From NCBI GenBank assembly GCA_963664525.1, contig OY761535.1, positions 1,295,314 through 1,359,313 on the forward strand: 64,000 bases of DNA, read 5' to 3'. Positions 44,994 to 54,614 of this stretch are shown piece by piece. Source of the DNA: Arenicellales bacterium (GTDB taxonomy: Bacteria > Pseudomonadota > Gammaproteobacteria > Arenicellales > JAJDZL01). The notes beneath the pieces were generated by a model that ran no database searches, was not told the origin of the DNA, and was given only the letters and a program-made list of their open reading frames with translations. A program made the translations under genes and the position numbers. The number at the start of each line of letters is the position of its first letter. The first letter of the stretch is position 1.

Positions 44994-46202
44994 CTAAAGC
45001 GCTTCTAGTTTGCGCAAAGATTCAGGTAGCATTTTCAAGTCAACCATGCCACTGAGCAGCGAATCGACGATGCTGGCATCTTCGTAGATGAGCTTGTAGT
45101 ATTGCGTCTTCAACGTGACAGCACTTGCAAGTATGATCGCAATGACCGTAATCACTGAACCCATAGCCAAGGTAGCCATGCCCGTAACCCCCTGACCCAC
45201 GGTACAACCCAGTGCCAACACGCCGCCGACACCCATCAGTAAACCGCCAATTGCATTGGCAACAAAGTCGCCGAAGGAGGCGAACCAGGTCAGTTTGAAA
45301 CTTCGCGAAGCAACCGCATCAACCAACGCTCCGATGACCAATCCAAGTGCAGCCAGCATACCAACGGTGATCAGCACAGCAGCGTTATCAGGTTCAAGCG
45401 ACAAGCTGATGTATTCACCCAGCGGATTAACAAAAGTAAATGACTGTGCGCCAACACCGACTGGCGGACTGTCCGCCCATTCAGCCGCTTCAACCCAAGC
45501 CATACCGGTTGAACCTGCACTCAGGTACCAGCCAGCCACCACCGCCAATCCAATGACAAGGCCTGCAACCACATTCGCCTTGTTGTTGCGAAATCCGCGG
45601 GTCCGCTGAATGAATCGCCAAACAAAATAGACGGCCAGCACAACCAAAATCAGCCGAATCAATTCCGGGCTGCCAATTGGAATAAAGTGGTAAATGAATG
45701 ACCCGAAATCCTGAGACGTCAGTCCGAATGAACTAAATTCAATTGAAATTGGATGCAGCCAGTTATAGAACACGACCTCAAAAAAACGGGTTTTCGTCAT
45801 CAGGTACGCGAAGTACGCAGCAATCATTAAAGTGACCAGGCTTTTCAGGTTGCCACCACCGAAACGCACCAGGTTTCTGCTGACACAACCGCCGGCCAGC
45901 GTCATTCCGACACCGAACATGACACCTCCGAGCAAATAGCGAAGCCATGCGAAGGTTGGGGAGCGATAAGGTGGGCGATGCTGACTGATATCAATCACCG
46001 ATGCGATTTCCAAAATGACGATTAAAACACCAGCAACGACCATGGCAAGGAACCACGCACCCAAGCGGCCAAAATCATTGAGGTTAATCCAGTCAGACAC
46101 CCCGCCCATGGTGCAAAAATTAGTCCGACTGATCACGATTCCCATGACCAATGCGACCGCAAAGAATCCGACCAGTACAGGTAAACCGATTATTTCATCC
46201 AT
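44994..46202 (-). CDS. YeeE/YedE-family sulfur-compound (thiosulfate) transporter
   Basis: 402 aa, polytopic. The conserved Cys-containing segments are NFCTMGG, TLAGGCVSRN and LALGCTVGQG. Confidence 0.85.
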   Translation of the reverse strand: MDEIIGLPVLVGFFAVALVMGIVISRTNFCTMGGVSDWINLNDFGRLGAWFLAMVVAGVLIVILEIASVIDISQHRPPYRSPTFAWLRYLLGGVMFGVGMTLAGGCVSRNLVRFGGGNLKSLVTLMIAAYFAYLMTKTRFFEVVFYNWLHPISIEFSSFGLTSQDFGSFIYHFIPIGSPELIRLILVVLAVYFVWRFIQRTRGFRNNKANVVAGLVIGLAVVAGWYLSAGSTGMAWVEAAEWADSPPVGVGAQSFTFVNPLGEYISLSLEPDNAAVLITVGMLAALGLVIGALVDAVASRSFKLTWFASFGDFVANAIGGLLMGVGGVLALGCTVGQGVTGMATLAMGSVITVIAIILASAVTLKTQYYKLIYEDASIVDSLLSGMVDLKMLPESLRKLEAL

Positions 46203-46450
46203 AACTCGTTGGTCAAAAAAGTTGTTATTTTGCGCTTAGTATATTCGTACGCAACAAACGTTCGAATATTTAACTGCCATAATAGCAAACACCATATATC
46301 GATTTTTCACGGTTTTTGAGGCTTAGTTATTCGTTGTGCCAGGCAAAGTAATAGTGGATTACCGGATTGAACCTCACATTGCAAAGCCATTGAAAATGAC
46401 ATTTTTCAATACAATTACCGCATCGGGACTCATCCAAGAAAGTCGAGTCA

Positions 46451-47515
46451 ATGAGTAATGTCAACGTCAGTTCGTTCAGATCGTCAGATCTGAAGTTTCA
46501 AAACCATGCACTGGACGGTGTTTCGCGTACTTTCGCGCTGACGATACCACAGCTTCCACCCGGGCTTCGTGAGGTGGTTGGCAACGCCTACCTGTTATGC
46601 AGAATTGCGGATACGATCGAAGACGAGCCTGCATTGTCTGTCGAACAGAAACGCCATTTTTCCGAACAGTTTATAAAGGTCGTCAGTGGTGAAGAAAAAT
46701 CAGATGAATTTGCCCGAGAACTCATCGCAAAACTCAGCACGTCAACAACCGCAGACGAAAGAGAATTGATCCAAAATGTCGAGCAGGTTATTCGAATTAC
46801 CCATGCCTGCAATGAAGTTCAACGTCGGGAAATCGAACGATGCATTCGAATTATGTCTCGCGGCATGGCCGAATTTCAATCGATCGCATCTTTGCATGGC
46901 CTTCGCGATCTGTCCCATCTGGATCGATATTGCTACGTTGTTGCGGGAGTTGTTGGAGAAATGTTGACGGGGTTATTTTGTGACTACTGCTCTGAAACTG
47001 CCAAACAGCACGAAAATCTTTTCGCACTCTCGGTGCCCTTTGGCCAAGCCCTGCAGATGACCAATATCATCAAAGATGTCTGGGATGACCAGGCTCGCGG
47101 CGTTTGCTGGTTTCCAAAAGATGTATTCGCAAAAGCTGGCTTTGATCTGAGCACCCTATCCGTAAATCATCGCGCCAGTGGCTATATCGAAGGATTGAAG
47201 GACCTGATTGAGATTACCCACAGCCACCAGAAAAACGCTTTGAAGTACATCCAACTCATTCCCTATCGACAAGCAGGAATTCGTCGCCACTGCCTTTGGG
47301 CACTGGGCATGTCGATACTGACTTTGGAAAAAATATATAAAAATCCAACTTTCGCAAGAGGTAAGGAAGTCAAGATATCTCGTCTCACTGTAAAATCTCT
47401 GATTTCACAAGCGCAGGCTGCGCTTCATTCAAACCACGCTCTAACTGATCTGTTTAACCGCCTTTCCACGGAGTTTCAAGCGTTTTCGACTCATCAGAAT
47501 ATCAGGGTCAATTGA
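46451..47515 (+). CDS. squalene/phytoene synthase family protein
   Basis: 354 aa. Contains RTFALTIPQLPPGLREVVGNAYLLCRIADTIEDE (first Asp-rich motif), YCYVVAGVVGEML, and NIIKDVWDDQARG (second Asp-rich motif). Confidence 0.8.
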   Translation: MSNVNVSSFRSSDLKFQNHALDGVSRTFALTIPQLPPGLREVVGNAYLLCRIADTIEDEPALSVEQKRHFSEQFIKVVSGEEKSDEFARELIAKLSTSTTADERELIQNVEQVIRITHACNEVQRREIERCIRIMSRGMAEFQSIASLHGLRDLSHLDRYCYVVAGVVGEMLTGLFCDYCSETAKQHENLFALSVPFGQALQMTNIIKDVWDDQARGVCWFPKDVFAKAGFDLSTLSVNHRASGYIEGLKDLIEITHSHQKNALKYIQLIPYRQAGIRRHCLWALGMSILTLEKIYKNPTFARGKEVKISRLTVKSLISQAQAALHSNHALTDLFNRLSTEFQAFSTHQNIRVN

Positions 47516-47540
47516 CATAACGACATCATTTGGTGATTTT

Positions 47541-48236
47541 GTGCAAACGATAGCTGTATTACAACAGACCGACGCGGAACATCTGGGTTTGGTCGAAGAC
47601 CACCTGGAGGGTCGCAATATTCGATTCCGATATGTGCGGCCCGAACACGATAGCGACTGGGTTCGCAAAGCAGAACTGCCAAAAGACGGATTGATTCTGC
47701 TCGGTGGCGCGCCTTATGGCACGGTTTCGACACCCAAGATTCCGTTGCTTGATCATAAGCTCAATCTTATTGATGCGTGTTTGCGAAAAAATCTGCCAAT
47801 CATCGGGTTCGGAACCGGTGCGCAATTGCTGAGTCTCGCTCTTAATGGCAGTGTTCATCCCATGGAACTGACGATTTGCGTCGAGCGCGCTTTTCGAACC
47901 ACAGATACGGCTCTTAATGGTTATCTTCCAGTCGAGTATCCAGTCGTTTCGTTTATGCGAGATGCACCACAAGTCCCTCCTGATGCTGAAGTCCTGGCGC
48001 AATCGAAAGACGGCAGGCCAATGCTGTTTCAGGCGCGGACCAACTGTCTTGGTTTTTACGGGCATCCAGGCATCAAAAGTGCAATCATTGAAGATGCAAT
48101 ATTGCACACTCCGGGCTACGATTTTGGTGATGCCAGCGAGCTTGAAAACATTCGACTGACGCAAAATGAAATGGAAAACGCACTGGTATCCATGATGACT
48201 GGCATTGTTCAAATCACAGGCTGGATGCGAGACTGA
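47541..48236 (+). CDS. class-I glutamine amidotransferase-like protein lacking the catalytic Cys and Glu
   Basis: 231 aa with a GTG start. Its GATase1 topology has LPIIGFGTGAQLL where the family has GxCxGxQ, and FYGHPG where the family has HPE. Confidence 0.65.
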   Translation: MQTIAVLQQTDAEHLGLVEDHLEGRNIRFRYVRPEHDSDWVRKAELPKDGLILLGGAPYGTVSTPKIPLLDHKLNLIDACLRKNLPIIGFGTGAQLLSLALNGSVHPMELTICVERAFRTTDTALNGYLPVEYPVVSFMRDAPQVPPDAEVLAQSKDGRPMLFQARTNCLGFYGHPGIKSAIIEDAILHTPGYDFGDASELENIRLTQNEMENALVSMMTGIVQITGWMRD

Positions 48237-48288
48237 ATTCCTGCGAAAGCCACAGGTCCATACCCACCTTGCTTGCGTAATCAGCTGA

Positions 48289-49803
48289 TCAGGAACTCAT
48301 CCAGTCACAGTTTTCTTCGAAGGCTGCAGCGACAGTCAATATCTTAGCTTCTTGCCAGTGACCTGCGACAAGCATCATGCCAACTGGCAAACCATCGCTT
48401 AATCCACATGGTACCGACATGGCAGGATGCCCGGTCAGGTTGGTTGGTTCGACGTTTGCACCCATTTCGTAGGCCCTTTGACAGTAAAGAGAAAGCGAAG
48501 CGTCAACTGGCGGAATCGGCTTTGCTGTCGTTGGTGTCGTCGGCATCAACAGCACGTCGAACTGTTTTAATGCTTCATCGTAGTCTGCACGCAGTTTTCG
48601 AGCGAGGTTCTGAGCCTTGCCATAGAAAAGTCCGCCGTAGCAGCGGCGAAAGTATTCACCGACAAGCATGGATAAAATCGCGGTGTCGTCAACATAAGCC
48701 GCCTTCGTGGGCCATTTTGCATGATGCTCGGTCAAAGAGTTCACATACAGTCCTTTCCAACCAAGCCCGAACGGATTTCTACTTTGCATCTGGGCGGCAA
48801 ATCCCTCGTGGGCAATCGGTCCCCAAATGGCATCGCCAAATCGATGCGAGGGGATTGAAACGGATTGAACTTTCATACCCATCTTTTGCAGCCGCGCAGC
48901 AGCATTTCGAACCTTAAGATCAACGTCCGGATCTGAATTCGACCAACCAAAACCGTCTTCCAGCACCCCGATTCGAAGTTGCAAAGGATCGCGTCCAATC
49001 GCTGCCACATAATCGTCGAGTTGTACATTGTTCTGGCGAGGGTCTAATCCGTCTTCGCCTGCGATCACCTGTAAAGTTCTTGCACTGTCATAAACAGTCT
49101 GTGTCATCGGACCAATATGATCGATCGAAGCGTCGATCGGAAAAACGCCAGTATAAGGCACGAGCCCATGGGTTGGTTTGAGTCCATAGCATCCAGAATA
49201 CGCAGCCGGTATGCGAATGGACCCGCCCTGGTCGCCGCCAATCGCCAAGTCAACCACCTTAGCCGCAACAAGCGCACCGCAACCCGAAGATGATCCTCCA
49301 GCCGAGTATCCGCTACGATGCACATTGTCCACCCAGCCATCCGAACTGGTATGACTGCCACCCGACGCGCAGTAGGCTTCACACCTAGCCTTACCGACAA
49401 TGAGCGCACCGGCCTTAAGCAATCGCGTCGCTACCGTTGCATCGAGGTCTGGAATATAACCTTCCAATGTACGAGTCCCATAAGTCATGGGCACACCTGC
49501 GAGACAAATGCTATCCTTGAGTGCGACAGTCAAGCCGCTTAATGGCCCCTTGCAATCCAGACTGACATCGGTTTTTACGTACCATGCATTGAAAGGATTG
49601 TCATTCCCATCTGGAAAGGTCCAATTCGATTTCGGTCGATTCACCGGTGGGAGAAAATCTTCCATGGCATCGACTTGTTCATAGGCTTTTAGAACTGGGA
49701 CCATGATTTCGGCGAATTCCCGCACCTTTTGCTGCGACAGCTTCAATCCAAAGTCTTCGGCAATTTCAACTAACTGCGAATGCGTGGGTCTTTGAAATGG
49801 CAT
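48289..49803 (-). CDS. amidase-signature family amidase
   Basis: 504 aa with the GGSSSGCGALVAA signature and upstream KDSICLAGVPMTYGT. Divergent from the dsrE3-hdr operon. Confidence 0.9.
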   Translation of the reverse strand: MPFQRPTHSQLVEIAEDFGLKLSQQKVREFAEIMVPVLKAYEQVDAMEDFLPPVNRPKSNWTFPDGNDNPFNAWYVKTDVSLDCKGPLSGLTVALKDSICLAGVPMTYGTRTLEGYIPDLDATVATRLLKAGALIVGKARCEAYCASGGSHTSSDGWVDNVHRSGYSAGGSSSGCGALVAAKVVDLAIGGDQGGSIRIPAAYSGCYGLKPTHGLVPYTGVFPIDASIDHIGPMTQTVYDSARTLQVIAGEDGLDPRQNNVQLDDYVAAIGRDPLQLRIGVLEDGFGWSNSDPDVDLKVRNAAARLQKMGMKVQSVSIPSHRFGDAIWGPIAHEGFAAQMQSRNPFGLGWKGLYVNSLTEHHAKWPTKAAYVDDTAILSMLVGEYFRRCYGGLFYGKAQNLARKLRADYDEALKQFDVLLMPTTPTTAKPIPPVDASLSLYCQRAYEMGANVEPTNLTGHPAMSVPCGLSDGLPVGMMLVAGHWQEAKILTVAAAFEENCDWMSS

Positions 49804-49988
49804 TTTCTTAAAGCTCCTGATTTGGTTGGTGGTTTATCATTGAGACTCGTCGGCAGCTTAAACAGGCAACATTTGCTGAAAGATCGTCTCTCAATGCTTC
49901 AATGTCCACCGATTCTCAAATTGAACAAATCAATTATTCGCCAACAATAAATATAAAATGACAATTGATTATTAGGGTAATTATTTAA

Positions 49989-50029
49989 TATATTGTCTTT
50001 ATTTATCATTTAGTTATTAGTATATTGTC
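49989..50029. promoter_or_regulatory. direct repeats TATATTGTC in the dsrE3-hdr promoter region
   Basis: TATATTGTC occurs at 49989-49997 and 50021-50029, with a 32-bp period, inside a very AT-rich 350-bp divergent intergenic region. An inverted GACAAT half-site lies about 30 bp upstream. Confidence 0.25.
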
Positions 50030-50152
50030 AGGTTATACATCTTCATATCGTTCCTGCATTTGAGGCTTATATTAGAAGTTGCTAATATATATAATTTGCT
50101 AAAATGTACAGCCACGTGTGATTGATTCTGAACTGTAAAGAGGCTTTCGGAG

Positions 50153-50533
50153 ATGGCAGAAAAATTGGTAATCATGATGGTCAACACCGACCCTGCCAAC
50201 GGCGAAGAAATGGGTGCGCCTATCTTCCAGGCTAGTGTGGCTGCCGCAATGGAATATGAAGTTGAAGTCATTTGTACTGCAACCTCAGGCAAACTTCTCA
50301 AAAAGGGGGTTGCGGAAAATCTTTATGTGAAACCAGGGTCCGGTAAATCAGTCTATGACTTTATCAAGGACGCACACGAAGCCGGTGTTAAGTTTTTCTG
50401 CTGTTCACCTAACCTGGATCTTTTCGACATGACCGAAGAAGATCTGATACCGGAGTGCGAAGGCATTGTCGGTGGCGCTTACGTGATCGAGCGCTTAATG
50501 GAAGATGATGACACAAAGATGTTGACATACTAA
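50153..50533 (+). CDS. dsrE3: DsrE3-type sulfurtransferase (DsrE/DsrF family)
   Basis: 126 aa. Contains KLVIMMVNTDPANGEE...VKFFCCSPNLD with the conserved Cys. First gene of the hdr operon. Confidence 0.8.
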   Translation: MAEKLVIMMVNTDPANGEEMGAPIFQASVAAAMEYEVEVICTATSGKLLKKGVAENLYVKPGSGKSVYDFIKDAHEAGVKFFCCSPNLDLFDMTEEDLIPECEGIVGGAYVIERLMEDDDTKMLTY

Positions 50534-50541
50534 TTGGTGCA

Positions 50542-51288
50542 ATGGCTGCAATGGAACACACAATCGGCGATCCGCTTTCAGAAGGTCCACAGGTCAGCCG
50601 AGATAAGCTTGAAGAAATTTTCTCGGATATCTGCGAGCACCCACTGTACGATCACGAACTGAACGGCTGTCTTAACTGCGGCATCTGTACTGCAACCTGC
50701 CCTTCTGCACACTATTTCGACTACTCCCCGCGAGAAATCGTCCAATTGCTCTGGACAGAAAATCTGGAAGGCATCTACGATGCAATGCAGGAAAAAATCT
50801 GGGCCTGTGCTCAATGCTATACCTGCGCAGCACGATGCCCATTTGGAAATTCACCGGGTGGTCTCGTGAGCATCATGCGGGAAACATCAATCAAACACGG
50901 TCTGCAGTCAGCCAAAGACGTACTGCGGCCTTTTTCCCGGGTGATGCTGAAACTGATTTCGACCGGGAATCAACTGGCGCCCAATATGATTACTCCAGAT
51001 CACTTTGCGGATTGGGGACCCAACATCAGTAAAATTGATGCGCCGTTAGATATTCTGAGAAAAGCGATTCCGATGCCAACCATGCACACAACAAACACAG
51101 CATGGGAGGTCAATTTGAAAACTTCCATTGAGTTGTACACTATTTGGGAAGACTCTGGAGTTTTGGATCAACTCGAAACAATCGATGAGAATCTTTTTGA
51201 TGTCATCGTCGATATCATGGATGAAAAGCGTGAAGAGTATGAAGACTGGCTGGATGAAATAGAGGATGAGTCATCCAGCATTCACTGA
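50542..51288 (+). CDS. hdrC1: sHdrC1 (heterodisulfide-reductase-like, 2x[4Fe-4S])
   Basis: Contains CLNCGICTATCP and CAQCYTCAARCP. Confidence 0.85.
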   Translation: MAAMEHTIGDPLSEGPQVSRDKLEEIFSDICEHPLYDHELNGCLNCGICTATCPSAHYFDYSPREIVQLLWTENLEGIYDAMQEKIWACAQCYTCAARCPFGNSPGGLVSIMRETSIKHGLQSAKDVLRPFSRVMLKLISTGNQLAPNMITPDHFADWGPNISKIDAPLDILRKAIPMPTMHTTNTAWEVNLKTSIELYTIWEDSGVLDQLETIDENLFDVIVDIMDEKREEYEDWLDEIEDESSSIH

Positions 51289-51306
51289 CTGACTTGAGGT
51301 TTTGAT

Positions 51307-52668
51307 ATGAGTATACAGGTCCCGTTTGGAAATCAATTCGCAGACCAGCGCTTCACGGGCCACGGCACCGAGTGGCAAGATTCAAACCTGAATCCACAGG
51401 AGGCCGAAACCGCCACACAATGGGTTGAAGCGAAAATCGACAAGCGTTCGATGCTGACGAACCGCGATCGGGTCGAAGATGTCCGCGACATCATGTGGCA
51501 ACTCGAAAAGGATGGAGAAATTATTGTCCATCGCATTAATGATGGACACAAGCCAGTGATGACAAAAACTCTTTATGGCTGGGATAAGAAAATTCCGACC
51601 GATCGGCTGTGGCATCACAAATCCTGTGGGCAGTGCGGAAATATACCAGGTTATCCGACATCCCTGCTTTGGTTAATGAATGAACTGGGGACCACCTACC
51701 TTGACGAAACCGATCAGACTTCCTGCACCGCCTGGAACTATCACGGTTCCGGCATCGGCAATGTTGTTAGTCTGGCAGCAGTATTTCTGCGCAATTTTCA
51801 CCAAGCCTATGTCTGCTCCAAGGCGGAGGGTCTAGACCCTGCCTATTATTATCCGTTGGTTCACTGTGGAACTTCGTTTGGCAATTACAAGGAAATGCGT
51901 CAGTTTTTGCTACACTCTGCCGAACTGAGAGAACAGGTGAAGAAAATTCTTGCCAAGATTGGCCGCCTGGTCGATGGAAAAATTCTCATCCCAGAAGAAA
52001 TCGTTCACTATTCTGAGTGGCTGCACGTCATGCGCCATGACATTCAACAGCGCCAGACGATTGATGCATCTGGAATCCGAGCAGTCATTCACCCTGCTTG
52101 TCATGTCTACAAAATGGTGCCAGAAGATGTCATCTACGATGACGATGTACTTGACGGTAACCGGGTTGCCGTATCTACCGGAATCGTACAGACACTGGGT
52201 GCCAATGTGATTGACTATTCGACCTGGTATGATTGCTGTGGTTTCGGCTTTCGACACATTATTTCGGAAAGAGAGTTTACGCGTTCGTTCGCCATCGATC
52301 GAAAAATCAAGGTTGCAGTCGAAGAAGCGCGCGCCGACGTAATGATCGGACACGACACCGGTTGCATCACGACATTGGACAAGAACCAATGGATCGGCAA
52401 AGCTGTTGACAAAAACTACCAAATGCCGATTCTGGCAGACTGTCAACTGGCGGCGGTCCTGTTGGGTGCTCATCCTTACAAGATTGCCCAGCTGCACTGG
52501 CATGCATCGGCGTTTGAACCCCTGCTGGAAAAACTGAATATTGACTGGCGAGAAGCAAAGTTCGAATTTGAAAATTACCTGACACAAGTTGAAGCCGGTC
52601 AGCATGAAACGCTTTACGATCCGCGACGTTCAATTACCTCCGGTCCTGGCTTTGAGGCACGCGCGTGA
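51307..52668 (+). CDS. hdrB1: sHdrB1 (CCG-domain subunit)
   Basis: 453 aa with CCG motif YDCCGFGFRH, plus additional Cys-rich segments (HKSCGQCG, TSCTAWNYHG). Confidence 0.85.
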   Translation: MSIQVPFGNQFADQRFTGHGTEWQDSNLNPQEAETATQWVEAKIDKRSMLTNRDRVEDVRDIMWQLEKDGEIIVHRINDGHKPVMTKTLYGWDKKIPTDRLWHHKSCGQCGNIPGYPTSLLWLMNELGTTYLDETDQTSCTAWNYHGSGIGNVVSLAAVFLRNFHQAYVCSKAEGLDPAYYYPLVHCGTSFGNYKEMRQFLLHSAELREQVKKILAKIGRLVDGKILIPEEIVHYSEWLHVMRHDIQQRQTIDASGIRAVIHPACHVYKMVPEDVIYDDDVLDGNRVAVSTGIVQTLGANVIDYSTWYDCCGFGFRHIISEREFTRSFAIDRKIKVAVEEARADVMIGHDTGCITTLDKNQWIGKAVDKNYQMPILADCQLAAVLLGAHPYKIAQLHWHASAFEPLLEKLNIDWREAKFEFENYLTQVEAGQHETLYDPRRSITSGPGFEARA

Positions 52669-53702
52669 GTCAAAATACGATCGTTGTCGGCGGCGGCCCG
52701 GCCGGCTTGTCCGCCGCCCAGTCTCTTGCATCTATCGGCCAAAACGTTACGCTAATTGAAAAGGAAGAAATTCTCGGCGGCGCTCCAATCCTTTCCGGCT
52801 ATGCCAAACTGGTGCCATCGGGCGAATGGGCCAGCGAAGCAATTGGACGCATGGTCAAACGCGTCGAAAGCTCTGAGTATATTAACACCCGCACTTCCAC
52901 GACCGTTACGTCAATCGAGGGTGAAGCTGGCAACTTCACGGCAACCTTGTCTGACGATTCTAAAGTGAACGCATCTGCAATTATCCTTGCGACCGGATTT
53001 ACCCATTTCGATTCTGTCAACAAACCCGAGTGGGGTTTCGGCTCGCATCCCGATGTCGTCACCACCACGCAGGTCGAACAGATGATCTCCTCCGGTAAGG
53101 GAGTGCACTGTCCTTCTGATGGACGCAAACCCAAGCGAGTTGCGATTTTGCTTTGCGTGGGTTCCCGAGACCGTCAGATTGGGCGCGAGTGGTGCTCAAA
53201 GATTTGTTGCACTGTCTCCGCCAACCTGGCAATGGAGATTCGAGAGGAATTGCCCGACTGCAGTGTCTACATCTACTACATGGACATTCGAACATTCGGA
53301 CTTTACGAAGGTCAGTTTTACTGGAGAAGTCAGGAAGAGTTCAAAGTCAAGTACATCAAAGCGCGTATTGCCGAAGTTACTTTCGATGGTAACCGTGTAT
53401 TGCTCAAGGGTGAAGATACTTTGGTCAAACGTCCTATTTCGATACCATTTGACTTGGTCGTTCATGCCATCGGTATGGACCCCAATATCGAAAATCCGAG
53501 CATCGCCGAAATTTTTGGCGTTGAACTTGAGCAGCACGGACACATTCTTCGTGGGACAACTTATGATGCCATCGCTGCCACCTCTCGCGCTGGAATCTAT
53601 GTTGCAGGCGCAGCCATTGGTCCCGAAACGATCGATGATTCCATTGCTCAAGGTCAGGCTGCAGCAATGGCAGCGCTTGGAATGACCGCAAGCGCGGCGT
53701 GA
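52665..53702 (+). CDS. hdrA: sHdrA (FAD and [4Fe-4S] flavoprotein)
   Basis: IVVGGGPAGLSAA dinucleotide motif and LLCVGSRDRQIGREWCSKICC cluster motif. The GTG start overlaps the hdrB1 stop (GTGA). Confidence 0.85.
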   Translation: MSQNTIVVGGGPAGLSAAQSLASIGQNVTLIEKEEILGGAPILSGYAKLVPSGEWASEAIGRMVKRVESSEYINTRTSTTVTSIEGEAGNFTATLSDDSKVNASAIILATGFTHFDSVNKPEWGFGSHPDVVTTTQVEQMISSGKGVHCPSDGRKPKRVAILLCVGSRDRQIGREWCSKICCTVSANLAMEIREELPDCSVYIYYMDIRTFGLYEGQFYWRSQEEFKVKYIKARIAEVTFDGNRVLLKGEDTLVKRPISIPFDLVVHAIGMDPNIENPSIAEIFGVELEQHGHILRGTTYDAIAATSRAGIYVAGAAIGPETIDDSIAQGQAAAMAALGMTASAA

Positions 53703-53738
53703 TTTCAATTCGCGCATCACTCCATTTTTGAAACGATC

Positions 53739-54590
53739 ATGGCCACGTCGTTCGATTATCCGGTTCAAACTAGCAGCAATCCTGTTTTGCACCTTGATGG
53801 GCGACGGTTGCGAATGGCGTTTGATTCCATGATCGATTGTGCAGAAAAATTCGGCGGTATTGAAATTATCGTGGATGGACTCAATGGCAAGTCGCTTCTG
53901 TTTCAGCGTACATTTGACGATGAAGCGCAAACTTTGATAGAGTCAGAATTTTTCGACGCCTGTGCATTTATGCCGACCGTCAGACGGCGAATGAAAGGCA
54001 TCCTGGAAAAACGAAATTTTATTCAACTGAGCCAATCTGTCCGGACACTACGCAATGAAGTCACAATTGAAAACATTGATCAAAAAATTGAAACATTTGA
54101 ATCAGAGTTGGCAAGTACGGCAAGGGACCGTTGGGTTCGAGACCTGGCGGCCGAAATTTTGCATTTCAGTGACCCGGAAACCTTTCCGCTGATGACGCGA
54201 TGGATTTGGGACTATAGTTCAAACTCTGGAGTCCTAAGAGAAATCTGGTATTCCGAGTCCGAAACCGAGTATTTGAAAATTCCAAACGGGATACGTACTC
54301 ATCTTGAACTTCGCCGGGAACTTAGTGAATTTCTCGATAGTCTAGGTGTGTTCAACAACATGCACTTTATGATGGATGTGCTGTTCGCCTGGATTTACAG
54401 TCAGTACATCGGTAATCAGGGCGGTAGCTTTCTAAAAACCGACTTCAGTTTTACCGGCACCCCATTTGGCTACGTGTTCCGTATGTTGGGGCTAGATGCA
54501 GCGATATCGGCCAGTGGCAAATCCAGGCTACTGCTGGCGAACGGCAAACGATACAGTTTGGCGGGTACGATTGACGCGTTATCCCACTAA
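53739..54590 (+). CDS. conserved hypothetical protein at the 'hyp' position of hdrC1B1A-hyp-hdrC2B2
   Basis: 283 aa with no motif I recognise. Its position matches the conserved hyp gene of sHdr clusters. Confidence 0.6.
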   Translation: MATSFDYPVQTSSNPVLHLDGRRLRMAFDSMIDCAEKFGGIEIIVDGLNGKSLLFQRTFDDEAQTLIESEFFDACAFMPTVRRRMKGILEKRNFIQLSQSVRTLRNEVTIENIDQKIETFESELASTARDRWVRDLAAEILHFSDPETFPLMTRWIWDYSSNSGVLREIWYSESETEYLKIPNGIRTHLELRRELSEFLDSLGVFNNMHFMMDVLFAWIYSQYIGNQGGSFLKTDFSFTGTPFGYVFRMLGLDAAISASGKSRLLLANGKRYSLAGTIDALSH

Positions 54591-54614
54591 AACAGTTACA
54601 CGAGAAATTAAGCA

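Noticed and set aside
53196-53930. Long antisense or alternative-frame ORFs inside well-supported genes. These include 53196-53930, 51910-52605, 47559-48212, 41781-42446, 12284-12877, 8009-8464 and 16285-16722.
   Set aside because: Each lies opposite to, or out of frame with, a gene that has clear family motifs. Their translations are low-complexity or Arg/Ser/Cys-rich, as expected for shadow ORFs.
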